From Methanobacteriota archaeon (lineage in GTDB: Archaea; Thermoplasmatota; Poseidoniia; Poseidoniales; Poseidoniaceae), in the NCBI GenBank assembly GCA_038104845.1, contig JAYOBJ010000009.1, positions 1,627 through 65,626 on the forward strand: DNA of 64,000 nt, in the 5' to 3' direction. A program made the position numbers and the translations under genes. Numbering within the stretch: position 1 is the stretch's first letter; each line of letters starts with the position of its first letter. Under the pieces are notes generated by a model. That model was not told where the DNA came from, did not search any database, and worked only from the letters and a program-made list of their open reading frames with translations. Below, in pieces: positions 30,682-40,840 of the stretch.

Positions 30682-32676
30682 GTGCAAAATGGCGTAAGTG
30701 GATGGTATGCTCGACTTGACCGATGCTTGGACGACCGTGAGCAACAAATCGACATTTGGTTGACCACTTGGGAACAATCGCTTCGGACCTTCCAACCCAT
30801 CGCAGCCCTGCTTCCCGAGGATTGGCCCACCTTGCCAGCCAACCTGCTCACCGACCCGGGACATGTCCTTGACCATCTGCTCGCAAGGCACGATGCTGAA
30901 ACCGATGGGCGCTCACCCCGCGGCGCACACCCAACACCGCCCCGCTTGGCCGACGCCATCATCGCCTCGGAACTGAAGGACAACCTCGTGAACCCGAAAA
31001 AACCGGTTCAACAGTCCAACTTTCTCATGAGTAACCTCCCACCGGGGTTCCGCCAGCACGTGGCACAACTCAACATCCCCAAAGCATCTCCAAGCGATGA
31101 AATGGACGACGAGGCTGAACAACAAGCCGTTGACGCGGACCTGCGCACCATGAGCGGCATTCCCCTCCCGGTCGGCGATGCAGCCTGTGGGGGCGGTCTG
31201 TTCCACGCACGCCTGATTCGAGCCCATGCCGACGCACACGAAAACGCCGACCCCGAAGTGAAGAAAGCCGACACTCGACGCCTGTTTTCCAATGTACAAC
31301 TCCTCGACGTCAGCCCGTTGGCCGTGGAGAGCACGAAGACGCGCCTGCTGCTCGAATGCATTCGCCATGAATTGGTGAGTTTTGGACCCGAAACCCCCGG
31401 TAAAATCGCTCGTCAAGAAATGGAAGCACTGCTGGACATTGGCGTTCAAACCGGCGATGCCCTTCAAGGTGAATGGCCGTGGGACCAACGGCCCAACGTG
31501 ATCCTGACCAACCCGCCATGGCTTCGCATCAAAGACCGATTTCGTGGGATGCAAGACGGCAGCAAACTGCGAAAGGAATTGGGCGAGCAACTTCGTGGGT
31601 TGAAGGACAACGGAAAGCCACGCTTCTCAACCATGCGGGGCAACGTGAACCTCTATCGATTGTTCATTGAACGAAGTTTGCAAATCCTCACCGAGGGAGG
31701 GCGCCTTCGCATCGTCGCCCCCGACAGCCTCCTGCGTGAGCAGTCGTCTCACCCACTCCGCGAACTCTTGGTCCGCGACCACCGCTGGGAGCAAGTCTGG
31801 GCGATTGAAGAAGCCAACCTGCTCTTCCCCGGCATGACTCAAGGCGTGGTGGTGCTTGGCATTGAAGCGCAAGGCCCGTCCTGCAACCTGTCCATCCATG
31901 GCCCCATCACTCGGGCCGACCTGCGACGCGAAGGCGATGGCCTGTCCTCTCGCGTCCCGGTCTTTGAACTCGAACAAGAACGGTGGATGGGGTGGTCACG
32001 GGAGACATGGGCTGTGCCCCGTCTGCCTCGCGATCGCATGGAGCGAAAGCAGACACTCAAGGTGCTCGATCGATTGTGCCAACTGCCGCGTCTCGCCGAC
32101 GACGCTCACCCCCTGACCACGAACAGCCGCCACGTTCGTGTCCGTGTGGGCGAGGTTGACCAAACCGCCCATGCCAAAAACATCGAAACATGGGTCAAAG
32201 GTAAGCGAAATCGGCCCTTCATTCGCGGCGTTCACTTCGCTGAAAACGACGAGGGTGAGGTGTTCATTCGTCACCCTGCCTTCCGCACCGACATCCCCTC
32301 CCGGGCCAGTGAGCGGCAGCTTGCCATGTGGGTTGGCGACCATCAACCGCAGTTCGGACCCCGATTGGCATGTCAAGCCATCGTGAACGCCCACCAAGAC
32401 CGACGTTTGCGCTGGGCCGTCATCCCAGAAGGCAGTGTGTTGGGCAACAGCGTCAACCACATTGAACTTCATGAAGACATCCAGCACCGACTCGAACAGG
32501 ATCACGACTCCGTTGAGCGAGGTTTGCAATGGTTGTGCTCGTTCCTGAACAACACCGACCTCGATGAATGGGCACGAGCATGGGCGGCCAACAACAACGT
32601 CAACAACTACGAATTGGAGATGTTACCGGTTGAACTTCCTGAGTCGTTTCCGATGTTCAACACTCTCAAACCCTGA
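30682..32676 (+). CDS. Amino (N6-adenine type) DNA methyltransferase, gamma class (Eco57I/TaqI-like)
   Basis: PTPP.LA, motif I DAACGGG, GDAL, motif IV TNPPW, NLYRLFIERSL..L..GG; start uncertain. Confidence 0.85.
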   Translation: MQNGVSGWYARLDRCLDDREQQIDIWLTTWEQSLRTFQPIAALLPEDWPTLPANLLTDPGHVLDHLLARHDAETDGRSPRGAHPTPPRLADAIIASELKDNLVNPKKPVQQSNFLMSNLPPGFRQHVAQLNIPKASPSDEMDDEAEQQAVDADLRTMSGIPLPVGDAACGGGLFHARLIRAHADAHENADPEVKKADTRRLFSNVQLLDVSPLAVESTKTRLLLECIRHELVSFGPETPGKIARQEMEALLDIGVQTGDALQGEWPWDQRPNVILTNPPWLRIKDRFRGMQDGSKLRKELGEQLRGLKDNGKPRFSTMRGNVNLYRLFIERSLQILTEGGRLRIVAPDSLLREQSSHPLRELLVRDHRWEQVWAIEEANLLFPGMTQGVVVLGIEAQGPSCNLSIHGPITRADLRREGDGLSSRVPVFELEQERWMGWSRETWAVPRLPRDRMERKQTLKVLDRLCQLPRLADDAHPLTTNSRHVRVRVGEVDQTAHAKNIETWVKGKRNRPFIRGVHFAENDEGEVFIRHPAFRTDIPSRASERQLAMWVGDHQPQFGPRLACQAIVNAHQDRRLRWAVIPEGSVLGNSVNHIELHEDIQHRLEQDHDSVERGLQWLCSFLNNTDLDEWARAWAANNNVNNYELEMLPVELPESFPMFNTLKP

Positions 32677-32725
32677 AAGGTGAAATTCCATCGCGGTATT
32701 TTCCGAAGACCGGTTGTTGAAACCT

Positions 32726-32736
32726 ATATTTTATAA
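32726..32736 (+). promoter_or_regulatory. Putative TATA box upstream of the NTPase gene
   Basis: TATATTTTATA in an AT-rich intergenic island about 55 nt before ATG 32788. Confidence 0.5.
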
Positions 32737-32787
32737 TCGCGACGCCGTTGGTGTAAATCGTCGTACCCTCGGGAGGCCACTTGCAAC

Positions 32788-33369
32788 ATGGGCATTCATC
32801 CAAAAATTGGCATCACGGGCCTGCCGCGCAGCGGAAAATCCGCCGTGATGGAGAAGGTGCTCGAGATGCTGACCGACGAGCGCCAGCGTGAATTGAGCAT
32901 GCGTGGCATGGCTCGCGACCACCCCCTTTTGGGCGGTGTGCGAACCGAACCGCTGCTCGAAAATGGCGAGCGTTTGGGCTACAAAGTCATCAATGTCGTC
33001 ACCGATGAGGAAGGCGTCATCGCTCACAAGAGCATTGACTCGCGACTCCGTGTGCTCGGCTACGGTCTGAACATTGAAGAACTTGAGCGGGTGGCCATCC
33101 CTGCGATTCAATACGCCGTTGACCATTGTGAAGTGCTCGTCATCGATGAAATCGGGAAGTTCTCCGTGGAATCGGAAGCCTTCGTCAGTGCTGTTCGAAG
33201 CGCGCTTGAGGTGGACATGCCCACGCTCCTCACACTGCACAAGAAAAGCCGCCACCCCCTGCTGCAGGACATTCGACGACGCGACGACGGGCGGATCCTG
33301 GAGGTCACGCCGGTGAATCGGGCACTGTTGCCCTACAAAATTCACAAATTGATGCGCGAGACCTACTGA
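32788..33369 (+). CDS. Nucleoside-triphosphatase, THEP1/NTPase_1 family
   Basis: ITGLPRSGKS Walker A, LVIDEIGK Walker B, EVTPVNR. Confidence 0.9.
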   Translation: MGIHPKIGITGLPRSGKSAVMEKVLEMLTDERQRELSMRGMARDHPLLGGVRTEPLLENGERLGYKVINVVTDEEGVIAHKSIDSRLRVLGYGLNIEELERVAIPAIQYAVDHCEVLVIDEIGKFSVESEAFVSAVRSALEVDMPTLLTLHKKSRHPLLQDIRRRDDGRILEVTPVNRALLPYKIHKLMRETY

Positions 33370-33410
33370 TTCAAGGGTTGGTTCTTTCAACAGCCCACCC
33401 TGGCAGCACC

Positions 33411-33767
33411 ATGCATCCGCCCGCCGTTGCGGCCTCACGGCTCCTGATGGGTGCCGGTGTTGGTGCCGGTTTAGCCGTTGGGTTGTCGCTTCAACGGCAA
33501 GCCACGGCTTCAACCCCAGCTTTGGTGCTGGGCGCCTTGGGTGCAGCCTGTTTGGCGGCTGGATGGGCGCTGAACCGCGGCGTTGGCCCTCTTGCCACCA
33601 GGTTCTCCACCGAGAGTTCCCTTGAGATGGAGGCCCGCGTCAAGGCCGAGGTCAAGGCGTGGGAAAGCGCCGAGGACGTGAACGCCAAATGGGCGGCTCT
33701 TGAAGCCAAAGTGCTCACGGATGAGTTGAGCGAGCCCACCAGTGGTGATGACACATCGGTGGATTGA
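33411..33767 (+). CDS. Two-TM hypothetical protein
   Basis: Two hydrophobic helices then acidic helix. Confidence 0.6.
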   Translation: MHPPAVAASRLLMGAGVGAGLAVGLSLQRQATASTPALVLGALGAACLAAGWALNRGVGPLATRFSTESSLEMEARVKAEVKAWESAEDVNAKWAALEAKVLTDELSEPTSGDDTSVD

Positions 33768-33803
33768 TGAGCCACCCGTCCGTGGTTTGGGCGAGGCGAG
33801 CGC

Positions 33804-34187
33804 ATGAGTGAAGTCCCCGAAGGTTTGCATTACACCAAAGAACACGAATGGCTGCGCGTTGAAGGTGACACCGTGACCATTGGCATCACCGACCATGCAC
33901 AGGACATGCTCACCGACATCGTCTACATCGAATTGCCCGAAGCCGGGGACACCGTGGGTGATATGGGTGAATTCGCTGTTGTGGAGTCCGTCAAATCCGC
34001 TTCGCCGATCTTTGCACCGTTGGCAGGAACCATCACCGCCGTCAACGAAGCCCTGGAAGACGCGCCTGAACTCATGAACACCTCGCCCTACGACGAGGGA
34101 TGGATTGTCAAAATGACACTGGATGACCTCGCTGCCGTTGCTGGCCTGATGGATGCGGCGGCTTACAAAGCCGAAATCGGCGAGTGA
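33804..34187 (+). CDS. gcvH: Glycine cleavage system H protein
   Basis: YTKEHEW, GITDHAQ, lipoyl site VESVK, SPYDEGW. Confidence 0.96.
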   Translation: MSEVPEGLHYTKEHEWLRVEGDTVTIGITDHAQDMLTDIVYIELPEAGDTVGDMGEFAVVESVKSASPIFAPLAGTITAVNEALEDAPELMNTSPYDEGWIVKMTLDDLAAVAGLMDAAAYKAEIGE

Positions 34188-34732
34188 GCAACGTGGACGA
34201 ACGTCCACGTTGGCGCTTGTATGTGGACGGTTCTTGCTTGGGCAACCAACATGTGGATGCCGCAACGCCAGCGGCATGGGGCCTGGTGGTTGTGGAAGGC
34301 GATTCGGGACTCGGCAAGGGCTCTGGAGAATTGCGCTACGAAGATGCGGGAAACGTTGTCACCGCCGTCGGCGAGCCTGGTCACATCGGGGCTGAAGTGG
34401 GGTCCAACAACACCGCAGAATTGAGCGGTTTTGCCGCAGCGCTGCGATGGTTGCTCATGGAGGGTGGGGACGATGCGGCGGAAATCCGGGCTGACTCCGT
34501 GTACGCTGGCAACCTTGCCTCGGGCACCTGGAGAGCCAAAGCCAACCGGGCCTTGGTTGCTCATGTTCAGGCGTTGTGGGACGAAGTTGACCGGTTGCGT
34601 CCACTGTCCTGGTCCCATGTCAAGGCGCATCGAGGCCATCGATGGAACGAACGCGCTGACCACCTTGCCGCTCGAAAAGCCCAAGGTGAATTGCCGATTC
34701 CACTGACGTTTTGGAAGCCGGGTCAACGTTGA
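34184..34732 (+). CDS. rnhA: Ribonuclease HI
   Basis: YVDGSC.GN, SNNTAEL, ADS.YA, HVKAH.G..WNERAD.LA. Confidence 0.92.
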   Translation: MSNVDERPRWRLYVDGSCLGNQHVDAATPAAWGLVVVEGDSGLGKGSGELRYEDAGNVVTAVGEPGHIGAEVGSNNTAELSGFAAALRWLLMEGGDDAAEIRADSVYAGNLASGTWRAKANRALVAHVQALWDEVDRLRPLSWSHVKAHRGHRWNERADHLAARKAQGELPIPLTFWKPGQR

Positions 34733-35589
34733 TCCAGCCGTCGCTCCAACCACGATCGGAGCGCATCTTGGTGGTCCTCGCGACGAAGCGCATGGTCGAT
34801 TTGGGCTTGCAACCACATGAAGGGAGCACCTGAATCGTACCATTGAACGTTGGAAAAAACATGCCCGTGGAGTTGCCCTTGTTCCATCCAATGCTGCTGA
34901 ACGGCGATGCTTTGCAGGTCCCCATGCTCTTCATAGGAAAACCGGTCGAGCAGCGATTTCAAACTGGAAGGGAACACGTACCTGCCGCACAGCGCCAATG
35001 TGGACGGGGCTTCCTCAAGGCTTGGTTTTTCCACCAGCCCCACCATGCGCGAACCTTCGAGGGCGACGATGCCGTACCGTTGGACGTCCGATTCGGGCAC
35101 AGCGACAAGGCCCACCGTGGCTTCACCCGTGCGCTCAAACGCCTTCACCAGGTCGGAGGACGCCCCGCTTGCTTCAAACGAATCCGGCGTGGCATGGCGG
35201 TCCATGATGAGGTTGTCACCAAGCAGCACGAGCACCGGGCCGCTGATGTCCTCGAGGGCACCCCGCATGGCATCGCCCACACCCTTGGGCTCCGGTTGAA
35301 CATGAACGAGCACTTCAAGCCCGTTCGTGATGTTGAACAAGTTGGCGTCGAGGTGAGGTTTCAGGCGATGGAGGTCGGTGGTGTCCCTCAGCAGCCCCTC
35401 AAAGGATTTCGTCGGCGAGGTGACGAGATGGAGGCGTTCCACACCCGCTGCCTTGGCTTCGGCCACCAAATGCGTCATCAACGGAACATCAACCAGAGGA
35501 AGCGCCTCTTTCGGCATCATGGCGCTGGCGGGGAACATGCGTGTCCCAAGACCCGCAGCGATGATGAGGGCGTCCTTCACCTGAGCCAT
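34723..35589 (-). CDS. galU: UTP--glucose-1-phosphate uridylyltransferase-like
   Basis: AAGLGTRMFPA....PKE.LP, VLLGD, LVEKP, CGRY. Confidence 0.82.
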   Translation of the reverse strand: MAQVKDALIIAAGLGTRMFPASAMMPKEALPLVDVPLMTHLVAEAKAAGVERLHLVTSPTKSFEGLLRDTTDLHRLKPHLDANLFNITNGLEVLVHVQPEPKGVGDAMRGALEDISGPVLVLLGDNLIMDRHATPDSFEASGASSDLVKAFERTGEATVGLVAVPESDVQRYGIVALEGSRMVGLVEKPSLEEAPSTLALCGRYVFPSSLKSLLDRFSYEEHGDLQSIAVQQHWMEQGQLHGHVFSNVQWYDSGAPFMWLQAQIDHALRREDHQDALRSWLERRLDQR

Positions 35590-35638
35590 GCGCCGTCCAC
35601 GGGGTGAAGGCTTTCAATCGTGGCGCTTTGGATGAGCC

Positions 35639-36070
35639 ATGGAACACCGAACACGCGCCCGATGGGTTCTGTGTGCAGGTGTTGCACTGGTCGCACAGAC
35701 TTTTGTTGATGTTGCTCCCGAAGGCCCGTGGTCTTCCGCTTCCTTCACGCGTGGCATGTTGGGCTTGTCGGGGTTGGTCGCGTTGTACGTGGGATGGTAC
35801 GCCCTGGCCTTCGACCGGTTTGGTGTGGCACCCACCGTGGACCGGTGGTCTTCTCCAGAAACCACATGGCTGAACGTGGTCATCGTCGGTTTGGTCATGC
35901 TGCTCGTCTCCCGCACGCTTGGCAGGCTTCAACCGGATGGCGTGCCCGAGCCCGCTGGATTGCTGGTTGGCCTCATCGGCTCGTTGACCTTGGCCAACGG
36001 CTTGTACGTGTGGGCGGTGGTGAACGGCCCCCTGCGCACGCCGGAAGCAGGTCATGAAGACGACGAGTGA
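35639..36070 (+). CDS. Four-TM hypothetical membrane protein
   Basis: Four hydrophobic segments. Confidence 0.7.
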   Translation: MEHRTRARWVLCAGVALVAQTFVDVAPEGPWSSASFTRGMLGLSGLVALYVGWYALAFDRFGVAPTVDRWSSPETTWLNVVIVGLVMLLVSRTLGRLQPDGVPEPAGLLVGLIGSLTLANGLYVWAVVNGPLRTPEAGHEDDE

Positions 36071-36071
36071 C

Positions 36072-37553
36072 TCAATCGAGGAACCCAAGTTCCTGGTCCA
36101 ACACGTCCAACGCATCGCCCAATTCAGGGAGGGCCTCCGGTGCTTCGCCGGTGGACGTGTGGAGCGGCCGCACATCCGCTGCAGGTTGCGGCCCGGAGCC
36201 ATGGATCCAAGCAACCCACGCTTCGCACCGTTCCGGGCGACGAAGGCGCAGCGGCTCCCATAGAGGCTCCAAATCGACCCCTTCGTCGTGAAGGACACGA
36301 ATCCGACGGGCAAAATGATCAGCAGCGACCTCCTCCATGCGGAGCAAGAGTTCTCGGAGCCGTGTACGGACCACTTCGTCACCGTCCTTCCAAAGGTCGT
36401 GCAAGATGCCTCGTTCGTCAGTAGGATCGTGCTCAACATACTCGCGAAGGTTCGGGACGAGGTTTCGACGAACGACCGAGAGCGGATGCGTTGTCAGGGA
36501 TTTGAGGCGGTCCGCCCACATCTCTTTGTCAAGGTACTTCAGATCCCCCACGGTGGCACTGGCGGCTGCCAACACGTTGTCATCCTCTGAGGTTAGCATG
36601 TCATCAAGGAACGGAATGGCATCTTCGCCCAGTCGACGAAACAGACGGGTCAACACGTCGGCCATGGCACGTTGAACGAGCACATCGTCGCGTTGGTGCA
36701 AGGCGATGGCGAGTTCGTGGCCAAAGTCACGATCCGCTTCAATGGCCTTCGCTAAGCACAGCGTGACTTTGGTGGCAACTTCGGGGCTGGGGTCAAGCGC
36801 TCTTCGAAGCAACAGCGGTTTGAGCGCCAAGGGCTCAACGAGGGTGGGCCGCTCGAACAGCAACCGCACCCATTCCATCAACAACAGCCGTCGTGGCTCA
36901 TCGCCGCCCTCAAGCCGCTCAAGCATCCACATCGCCGCCTCCACCCCCTGCTCATGTGCCACCACAGAGGACGACATCCGAGGGACCACGGCGTGCGGGT
37001 TCCAATCCATGTGCTGAGGGCCTGGTTCTGGCGAAGTGTGCCACGTGCCCGGACGTTCACCCAAAGCAATGGATTCCACCAAATGGTACCCTTGGTGGAC
37101 GGGTTGGCCGTAGGGCACGGTGGACAGCCCGTTGAGGAGGGCGATGCTGAGCCACCACCGGTCGGTGTTGGGTGCGTGGGGGTCGAAGGCTTGCGACAGC
37201 CAATCGGTCGCAATGCAAAACAACAGCCGGGTGGACAATTCATCGAACCGTTTCGTCAACCATCGTTCGTGAACTTCGAACGGGTCGTCGGTCAAGTTCA
37301 TCCTGTACGGGACGATGGTGTCCACCACCGTGTTCAAATGACGGTCGAACATCCCTCGGTCGAGGTTCAACAAGCCAAGACCCGCCTCGAAGAGTTCGTG
37401 GGGTGACGCCGGAGCCACCGCCGGGAAGTCCGGGTCCTGCACCGGTGGCGGGGGCAACGGCCAAGCCAGTGTCCCACGTTCCAGCGCCTCAACAAGACCG
37501 GTTGCCACCTGCTCAAAGGCGGTGGACGAAATGCGCGATTTGCTCTTGCTCAA
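36072..37553 (-). CDS. HEAT/armadillo-like repeat protein
   Basis: Repeats such as DPSPEVA, DDVLVQR, EDDNVLA, PLSVVRR, GDEVVRT; TTG start. Confidence 0.65.
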   Translation of the reverse strand: MSKSKSRISSTAFEQVATGLVEALERGTLAWPLPPPPVQDPDFPAVAPASPHELFEAGLGLLNLDRGMFDRHLNTVVDTIVPYRMNLTDDPFEVHERWLTKRFDELSTRLLFCIATDWLSQAFDPHAPNTDRWWLSIALLNGLSTVPYGQPVHQGYHLVESIALGERPGTWHTSPEPGPQHMDWNPHAVVPRMSSSVVAHEQGVEAAMWMLERLEGGDEPRRLLLMEWVRLLFERPTLVEPLALKPLLLRRALDPSPEVATKVTLCLAKAIEADRDFGHELAIALHQRDDVLVQRAMADVLTRLFRRLGEDAIPFLDDMLTSEDDNVLAAASATVGDLKYLDKEMWADRLKSLTTHPLSVVRRNLVPNLREYVEHDPTDERGILHDLWKDGDEVVRTRLRELLLRMEEVAADHFARRIRVLHDEGVDLEPLWEPLRLRRPERCEAWVAWIHGSGPQPAADVRPLHTSTGEAPEALPELGDALDVLDQELGFLD

Positions 37554-37578
37554 ACGGATCCCTTGCCCGGTGATCGGT

Positions 37579-38511
37579 TCAAATGTCCAATTCGATGTTC
37601 AAGTTTTGAATGAGTTCTTTGTACCGATTGCGGATGGTGACTTCCGTCACACCGGCCACCTCAGCCACCTCGCGCTGCGTTCGGCGCTTGCCGCACAGAA
37701 CGGAAGCGATGTAGATGATGGAGGCGGCGATGCCGGTGGGACCCCGTCCGCTGGTCAACTCTTTCTCTTGAGCGGCTTTGATCAATTCGTAGGCTTTGGC
37801 TTCGACATCGGCGTCCAATCCCAGTCCCGAACAGAACCGTGAGATGTAATCCTCCGGCCCGGTGGGCATGATTTTCATCTTCAGTTCACGCACCATGAAA
37901 CGGTAGGTGCGACCGATTTCCTTGCGGCCGGTTCGGGAGGCCTGACCGATTTCATCAAGGGTGCGGGGCACACCGCACTGACGGCAAGCAGCATACAGCG
38001 ATGCAGCAGCGACGCCCTCGATGGAGCGGCCACGGATGAGCCGCTTGTCAACGGCTTTCTTGTAGTTCACAGCGGCTGCTTCGCGAACCGATTTCGGAAG
38101 CTCAAGGCGGCTGGCCATGCGGTCCAATTCTGCAAGAGCCATGGCGAGGTTGCGCTCGGTGGCGTTGCTCACACGGCTTCGCTTCTGCCACTTTCGCATT
38201 CGGTAAAATTGGGAACGGTAGCGAGAATTGATGGTTTTACCCGAATAGTCCTTGTTTTGCCAGTCGATGTCCGTGGACAGCCCTTTGTCGTGGAGCATCA
38301 CGGTCATGGGTGCACCGGTTCGAGCGCGCTGGTCGCCTTGCTCGGGTGAAAACACACGCCATTCTGCGCCTTGATCGATGACGTTGTCCTCCAACACCAG
38401 GCCGCAGTCGTCGCACACGACTTCACCACGGGTTTCGTCCCGGGACAGGGAACGGCTGCCACAATCACTGCACTTGACGATGTCTTCCACTTGCTGGTCA
38501 CTCATATCCAT
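37579..38511 (-). CDS. tfb: Transcription initiation factor IIB (TFB)
   Basis: Zn ribbon CSDC...[18 protein letters not shown], two cyclin repeats, [14 protein letters not shown]. Confidence 0.98.
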   Translation of the reverse strand: MDMSDQQVEDIVKCSDCGSRSLSRDETRGEVVCDDCGLVLEDNVIDQGAEWRVFSPEQGDQRARTGAPMTVMLHDKGLSTDIDWQNKDYSGKTINSRYRSQFYRMRKWQKRSRVSNATERNLAMALAELDRMASRLELPKSVREAAAVNYKKAVDKRLIRGRSIEGVAAASLYAACRQCGVPRTLDEIGQASRTGRKEIGRTYRFMVRELKMKIMPTGPEDYISRFCSGLGLDADVEAKAYELIKAAQEKELTSGRGPTGIAASIIYIASVLCGKRRTQREVAEVAGVTEVTIRNRYKELIQNLNIELDI

Positions 38512-38539
38512 CTCTCCAAGTTGCTTCCATCGAGCAACT

Positions 38540-38572
38540 CTATAAAATCCCTTTTGGGGTTATCATTTAAAC
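38540..38572 (-). promoter_or_regulatory. Putative TATA boxes for tfb
   Basis: Minus strand TTTAAAT (38566-38572) and TTTTATAG (38540-38547); GGAG SD just before ATG. Confidence 0.55.
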
Positions 38573-38715
38573 CCATCGCCCGAACGACGTCGCCTCTTTA
38601 CCCAAGATGGTCGTCGATTGCTCGAAGGGTGTGAACCATGGCCCCAACCACGCTCGAACGCGCGGCCCGAACCGGTTATGAACACCCTGCCCGTGATTTG
38701 GGTCGAGGGGGAAGC

Positions 38716-40704
38716 ATGCGAACCAACTGGCCACCGAACACCGTCGCCCTCACACCCGGCAAGCGGGTGCTGTTTTTGACCAAGGACTTGAACCTCATCA
38801 AGCAACAGCTGTACGACGGCTTGGACCTTCGCATGGAGGATCTGACAGTCGACGATTTGTTGGACGACATCAACACCGATGTGATGACGCCAGCATGGGT
38901 TTGTTTTGATCACGAGCCCGCTGAAATCGCCAAGAACGCCTACGCCGGTTTGATGCACAACGGGCTTCGCGTGTTCAATGAAAACGCACTGAAAAACGGC
39001 AATTTTGAGGTGATCGTTTCCGGCCAGCGCAAAGGAACGGGTTCAAGCCGCGAAACCGCCGCTCAATGCGAGCGGTGGGCAGGCATCAACATCGTCATCG
39101 CCGCTTCGTTTGCGCCCATTCACGAACGCAACAACATCAACCTTGGCCAGTTGATGGGCGATCACGCCATGCTTGAGCGGTTGCAAAAAGGGGAATCCAT
39201 ACCGTTGAGCGAGTTCACCGGCCGCTACGACCCCGTCACCTCCCTCATTCTCGAGCAAGGCGGATTGTTTCCCTTTGCGAAGGCGTTGAAGGCTGGCGCG
39301 CTGGAACTCCCCCCGCTCGACACGCCCAACCGACCGATGACCATGGCCGAGCACATCATCGCCCGAAACCTTGTGGGGCAGCCCGAGGGGCAACGCGTGA
39401 AGCCGCACGACCCTGTGATCGCCGAGGTGCAAGGCGGCTACTCCCACGAGTTCACCACGGCCCAGGTTCACACCTTCCTGCAAGAGGAATACGGGGCGGA
39501 GTACACACTCCCCAATCCACCGAAGTTTGCGGTGTTTGAAGATCATTTGCTCTACGCCCATCACAATCCGAAATTTGTGCCCTTCATGCACAAGGTGCAA
39601 ACGCTGCGGGACCTGCAGGTGGCGTTCCAACAACACAGCGGGGTTCGCGATTACTCAGCGGTCGACGGGGTGTCTCCGGGCATCTGCCACCAGGTGGCCC
39701 GAGAGGAGTTCATTGAGATCGGGGATTTCATCCAAGCCACCGACTCCCACACCTGCATGGGTGGGGCCTCCAACGCCCTGACCTGGGGCGTTGGCGCCAC
39801 CGAATACGCCAACCTCGTGAGCGCTGGGTTCACCTTCGTCAAGGTCCCGGAATCCATTCGATTTGAGTTGGTTGGGGAACTGCACCACGGTTGCACGGCC
39901 AAAGACGTCATTTTGGCCATCCTCGCCGACCACGCTCGCAAGGAATTGACCCTCAACCGAAGCATGGAGTTCGGTGGCCAGGGTTTGGCTTCGCTCTCGG
40001 TGGACGAACGGGCCACGCTGTGCAACATGGCCACCGAGTGTTCTGGACGCACGGGAATTTGCGAGGCCGACGATGACCTTGTTCGTTGGATGATGGCGGC
40101 GCAACCTCACTTGGATGAAGACAGCCTCAGGGCTCGCATGGTGGCGCCCGACGAAGGGGCGCACTACGACGGCGGGGTGCACGTCATCGACCTGTCCTCC
40201 ATCGTTCCGATGGTGGCTCACCCTGGCAACCCCGACGAAGGGGTGCCCAGCGACCCGACCAACGGTGCTCACATCAGTGACATCGGCGAAGTGAGCGTGA
40301 ACATCGCCTACGGCGGTTCCTGCACGGCCGGTAAAGAGGACGACATCGCCTACTATGCAGAGGTCTGCATGGCAGCCAAGGCCGCTGGCCTGAAGGTGAA
40401 GGATGGGGTCGAATTCTACATCCAATACGGCTCGGGTGTTGTGAAGGACTTCGCCGTGAAGAACGGTTGGCACGCCCTGTTTGAAGAGGTGGGCGTCCAC
40501 CTCATCGACCCGGGTTGTGGAGCGTGCATCGGCGCCGGACCGGGCGTCTCGATCACCCCCGACCAGGTGACGGTGTCCGCCATCAACCGCAACTTCCAGG
40601 GCCGTTCCGGGCCGGGGAAACTGTACCTTGCCAGCCCCTTGACCGTGGCCGCCTCCGCCTTCACCGGGCACATCACGTCCTGGCGCCCCGACCTGTTCGC
40701 TTGA
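38716..40704 (+). CDS. Aconitase family hydratase with N-terminal swivel domain (LeuD-LeuC-like fusion)
   Basis: INTD..TP and GSSRE in the N-terminal part; GICHQ, DSHT, GGSCT, PGCGACIG, NRNF.GR.G, YLASP. Confidence 0.9.
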   Translation: MRTNWPPNTVALTPGKRVLFLTKDLNLIKQQLYDGLDLRMEDLTVDDLLDDINTDVMTPAWVCFDHEPAEIAKNAYAGLMHNGLRVFNENALKNGNFEVIVSGQRKGTGSSRETAAQCERWAGINIVIAASFAPIHERNNINLGQLMGDHAMLERLQKGESIPLSEFTGRYDPVTSLILEQGGLFPFAKALKAGALELPPLDTPNRPMTMAEHIIARNLVGQPEGQRVKPHDPVIAEVQGGYSHEFTTAQVHTFLQEEYGAEYTLPNPPKFAVFEDHLLYAHHNPKFVPFMHKVQTLRDLQVAFQQHSGVRDYSAVDGVSPGICHQVAREEFIEIGDFIQATDSHTCMGGASNALTWGVGATEYANLVSAGFTFVKVPESIRFELVGELHHGCTAKDVILAILADHARKELTLNRSMEFGGQGLASLSVDERATLCNMATECSGRTGICEADDDLVRWMMAAQPHLDEDSLRARMVAPDEGAHYDGGVHVIDLSSIVPMVAHPGNPDEGVPSDPTNGAHISDIGEVSVNIAYGGSCTAGKEDDIAYYAEVCMAAKAAGLKVKDGVEFYIQYGSGVVKDFAVKNGWHALFEEVGVHLIDPGCGACIGAGPGVSITPDQVTVSAINRNFQGRSGPGKLYLASPLTVAASAFTGHITSWRPDLFA

Positions 40705-40840
40705 CGCAACGCTGCTTTTCGATGACGTCAAAGCATCATACGCCCGAACGGCGGAGATTATGAACCCTCAAACCTCCGACGAGGGTAACTGTTGGCCCGA
40801 CATCACCGGGATGGAGGAGGACCGACGGGGGTGATGGCGC

